Under the pieces are notes generated by a model. The model searched no databases. It was given only the letters and a program-made list of their open reading frames with translations, and was not told the DNA's origin. Position numbers and translations under genes: made by a program. A stretch of 56,456 bases of DNA, taken from positions 1 through 56,456 of the IMG/VR virus record IMGVR_UViG_3300048839_001000; one strand, given 5' to 3'. Source of the stretch: a virus (lineage: Duplodnaviria > Caudoviricetes). Below are positions 54,750-56,456 of the stretch, piece by piece. Numbering within the stretch: the stretch's first letter is position 1; every line of letters starts with the position of its first letter.

Positions 54750-55920
54750 CGTCGCGGTCCCAATTGTTTTGTGGTTTGATGAAGCGATTGCTCACGTTCA
54801 CCTTGAACTCTCTGTCACCAATCTCCTCACCAATCATGTCGCCAGGCTGCCCGTTCAACGCTCGAGCCACCCACTTAGCGCACCATTTGCCGCAGTGCGT
54901 GGTGACTCCTTTGCCGAGCCATGCCGGCCCAGTCTTGTGGTCCGGCGCCATCTTCAGGCTCCACTCTTTTGGGTAGCCCATCAATGTCGCAAGCTCCCTG
55001 TACGTCATGCAGCGCGGTTTGGTGGGATGAATCTGCTGACCGAGTGATCCACCAGAGATGACTGGCCACAAACCGTTGCGCCGAACTCGCTCCACCGAAT
55101 GGAAGCCATCGTGCGCCGCGTCCACAGAGCAGGCAATGCATGCATGTGCCGGCCATCCAATCGCTTCGAAATCCTTCAGCGTGTAGCCGGCATCCTGTGC
55201 TCGGTCGATGGCTACGCCGATCTTCTCACCTTCTTCAAGGCGAGCGATCTCGAGAAGCTTGCGCACGCGGACGTGGTGGTCATCCTCAACATCGTGATGG
55301 CTATCACCATGACCGACGTCGTCCCAGGTCTCCTTGGCGTTCTCCAAGTGCTCGATGTGACTCCATCCAGTCTTGCACCGAGTCCACTCAAGCTGTTCCA
55401 CGCCGAACGGCACCCGTGACATCACTAAGAAGTAGCGGCGACGGAGTTGGGTGCCGCCCAGCGCGGCACAACTATGAAGCAGGTGGGTGATGGTGTACTT
55501 CTCACCGGTAATTGCCTCGAGTGATTCGCGCAGACTCACCATGAGCGGACGGCCCTTCGAGAACGCTTGCTGGACTGACTCCATCACGGTGATTATCGGT
55601 TTGCACTTAGCCGCGAACATCGTGAAGTCACGCATGCACTGATTGATCGGCGCGTCGATGCCCCTATTCTTGCCCGTGTTCAATGAAGAGAAGCCACTGC
55701 ACGGTGGATTGCCAGCGACAACGTCCACGCGTTTCGGTGTCCACAATGTTGGGTCAGTCATCTCTGTTTCCCAACCATCGCCTAACACGTGACGATTGCC
55801 TTCGCACGCTGGTACCCCGAAGCCGCCGGTATGCTCTCGCTTACCGACGAGTTCAAAGCCTTCTGAGACAAAGGAGTACGTTAATCCTCCGGCGAAACAT
55901 TGGCAATCCACAAACTTCAT
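54736..55920 (-). CDS. divergent DNA cytosine-C5 methyltransferase
   Basis: FAGG (I), GNPPCSGFS (IV), ESV for ENV (VI), QLRRRYF (VIII), RELATLMGYP (IX), GKGV for GNAV (X). Confidence 0.85.
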   Translation of the reverse strand: MKFVDCQCFAGGLTYSFVSEGFELVGKREHTGGFGVPACEGNRHVLGDGWETEMTDPTLWTPKRVDVVAGNPPCSGFSSLNTGKNRGIDAPINQCMRDFTMFAAKCKPIITVMESVQQAFSKGRPLMVSLRESLEAITGEKYTITHLLHSCAALGGTQLRRRYFLVMSRVPFGVEQLEWTRCKTGWSHIEHLENAKETWDDVGHGDSHHDVEDDHHVRVRKLLEIARLEEGEKIGVAIDRAQDAGYTLKDFEAIGWPAHACIACSVDAAHDGFHSVERVRRNGLWPVISGGSLGQQIHPTKPRCMTYRELATLMGYPKEWSLKMAPDHKTGPAWLGKGVTTHCGKWCAKWVARALNGQPGDMIGEEIGDREFKVNVSNRFIKPQNNWDRDDERE

Positions 55921-56456
55921 TCTGATTCTCCCATGCACAAAGCGATGAGTGACTTGGCGACCTTCCGAGGATCGTTATGAGTGCGAAGCGACATTCGATT
56001 CGCTTCAATCTTCTCGTCAAGCTCTCCATCGAGGTGCTGCTCGATGACTTCGTTAACCAGCTTAGCGAAGGCTGGCAACGCCTCTTGGAGCTCTGGTCTG
56101 TTGAACAGATTCTCAGTCAGATCGCTAGTCGGCACCATCGCGTCGAACCACGCGACGTTGAACTGTTCCGTAACCTCGGATCGCTGGCATCCGGCATGCA
56201 CCCCATAGGCACCAGAGTCCATTAGTTCGAGAGCCGTGTACTCGAACATCTCCTTCTGGAAGTGTGGCGAGGTTAACGCGGTATACACGGAAACGTCAAG
56301 GTCGTCGATCGAGCCGAACCCGCCGTGGTACCTGGCCGTATGCCCGTCGAGCGTGGCCTCCCATGGATGTGGCTTCAGGATTGGGTTTGACCCGCTTGCC
56401 TCGATGCTCTTACGCGTCTTCTCGTCAAGGTGCATCGTCCCATTGAATCCACGAAC
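55917..56456 (-). CDS. hypothetical protein/domain; reading frame open to the window end
   Basis: Frame stays open past the ATG at 56435 to 56456; stop overlaps the methyltransferase start. Confidence 0.65.
   Translation of the reverse strand, partial: VRGFNGTMHLDEKTRKSIEASGSNPILKPHPWEATLDGHTARYHGGFGSIDDLDVSVYTALTSPHFQKEMFEYTALELMDSGAYGVHAGCQRSEVTEQFNVAWFDAMVPTSDLTENLFNRPELQEALPAFAKLVNEVIEQHLDGELDEKIEANRMSLRTHNDPRKVAKSLIALCMGESE

Noticed and set aside
1-56456. Integrase, repressor, tRNA genes, reverse transcriptase/DGR, TET/JBP dioxygenase
   Set aside because: No supporting motifs recognised by eye; absence is not proven without profile searches

Overview
The window looks like an essentially complete ~56.5-kb genome of a tailed dsDNA phage with a long non-contractile (sipho-like) tail. 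All credible genes lie on the minus strand and many are coupled by ATGA overlaps. No integrase or repressor was recognised. In transcription order (high to low coordinates) the modules are: a divergent C5-cytosine methyltransferase, nuclease, ligase and deoxyribosyltransferase-like gene; a glycosyltransferase/sulfotransferase cluster; packaging and head genes; a large autotransporter-beta-repeat adhesin (suggesting a PVC-superphylum host, by inference); a lysis-like block; tail genes followed by two more glycosyltransferases; replication genes (SSB-like, primase-MCM fusion, PolA) with a T4-like modified-cytosine set (all-alpha dNTPase, Asp-type thymidylate-synthase homologue, dNMP kinase); an operon of small basic proteins; a SNF2 helicase; and dCMP deaminase. 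The most striking signal is an array of four circularly permuted (type-P5-like) twister self-cleaving ribozymes at 3.7-6.0 kb. Each sits within a few nucleotides of a stop codon and shows covarying stems and pseudoknots, so the array could cut this operon's mRNA into gene-sized pieces with RtcB-compatible ends. All assignments come from motif recognition by eye; no database search was run.
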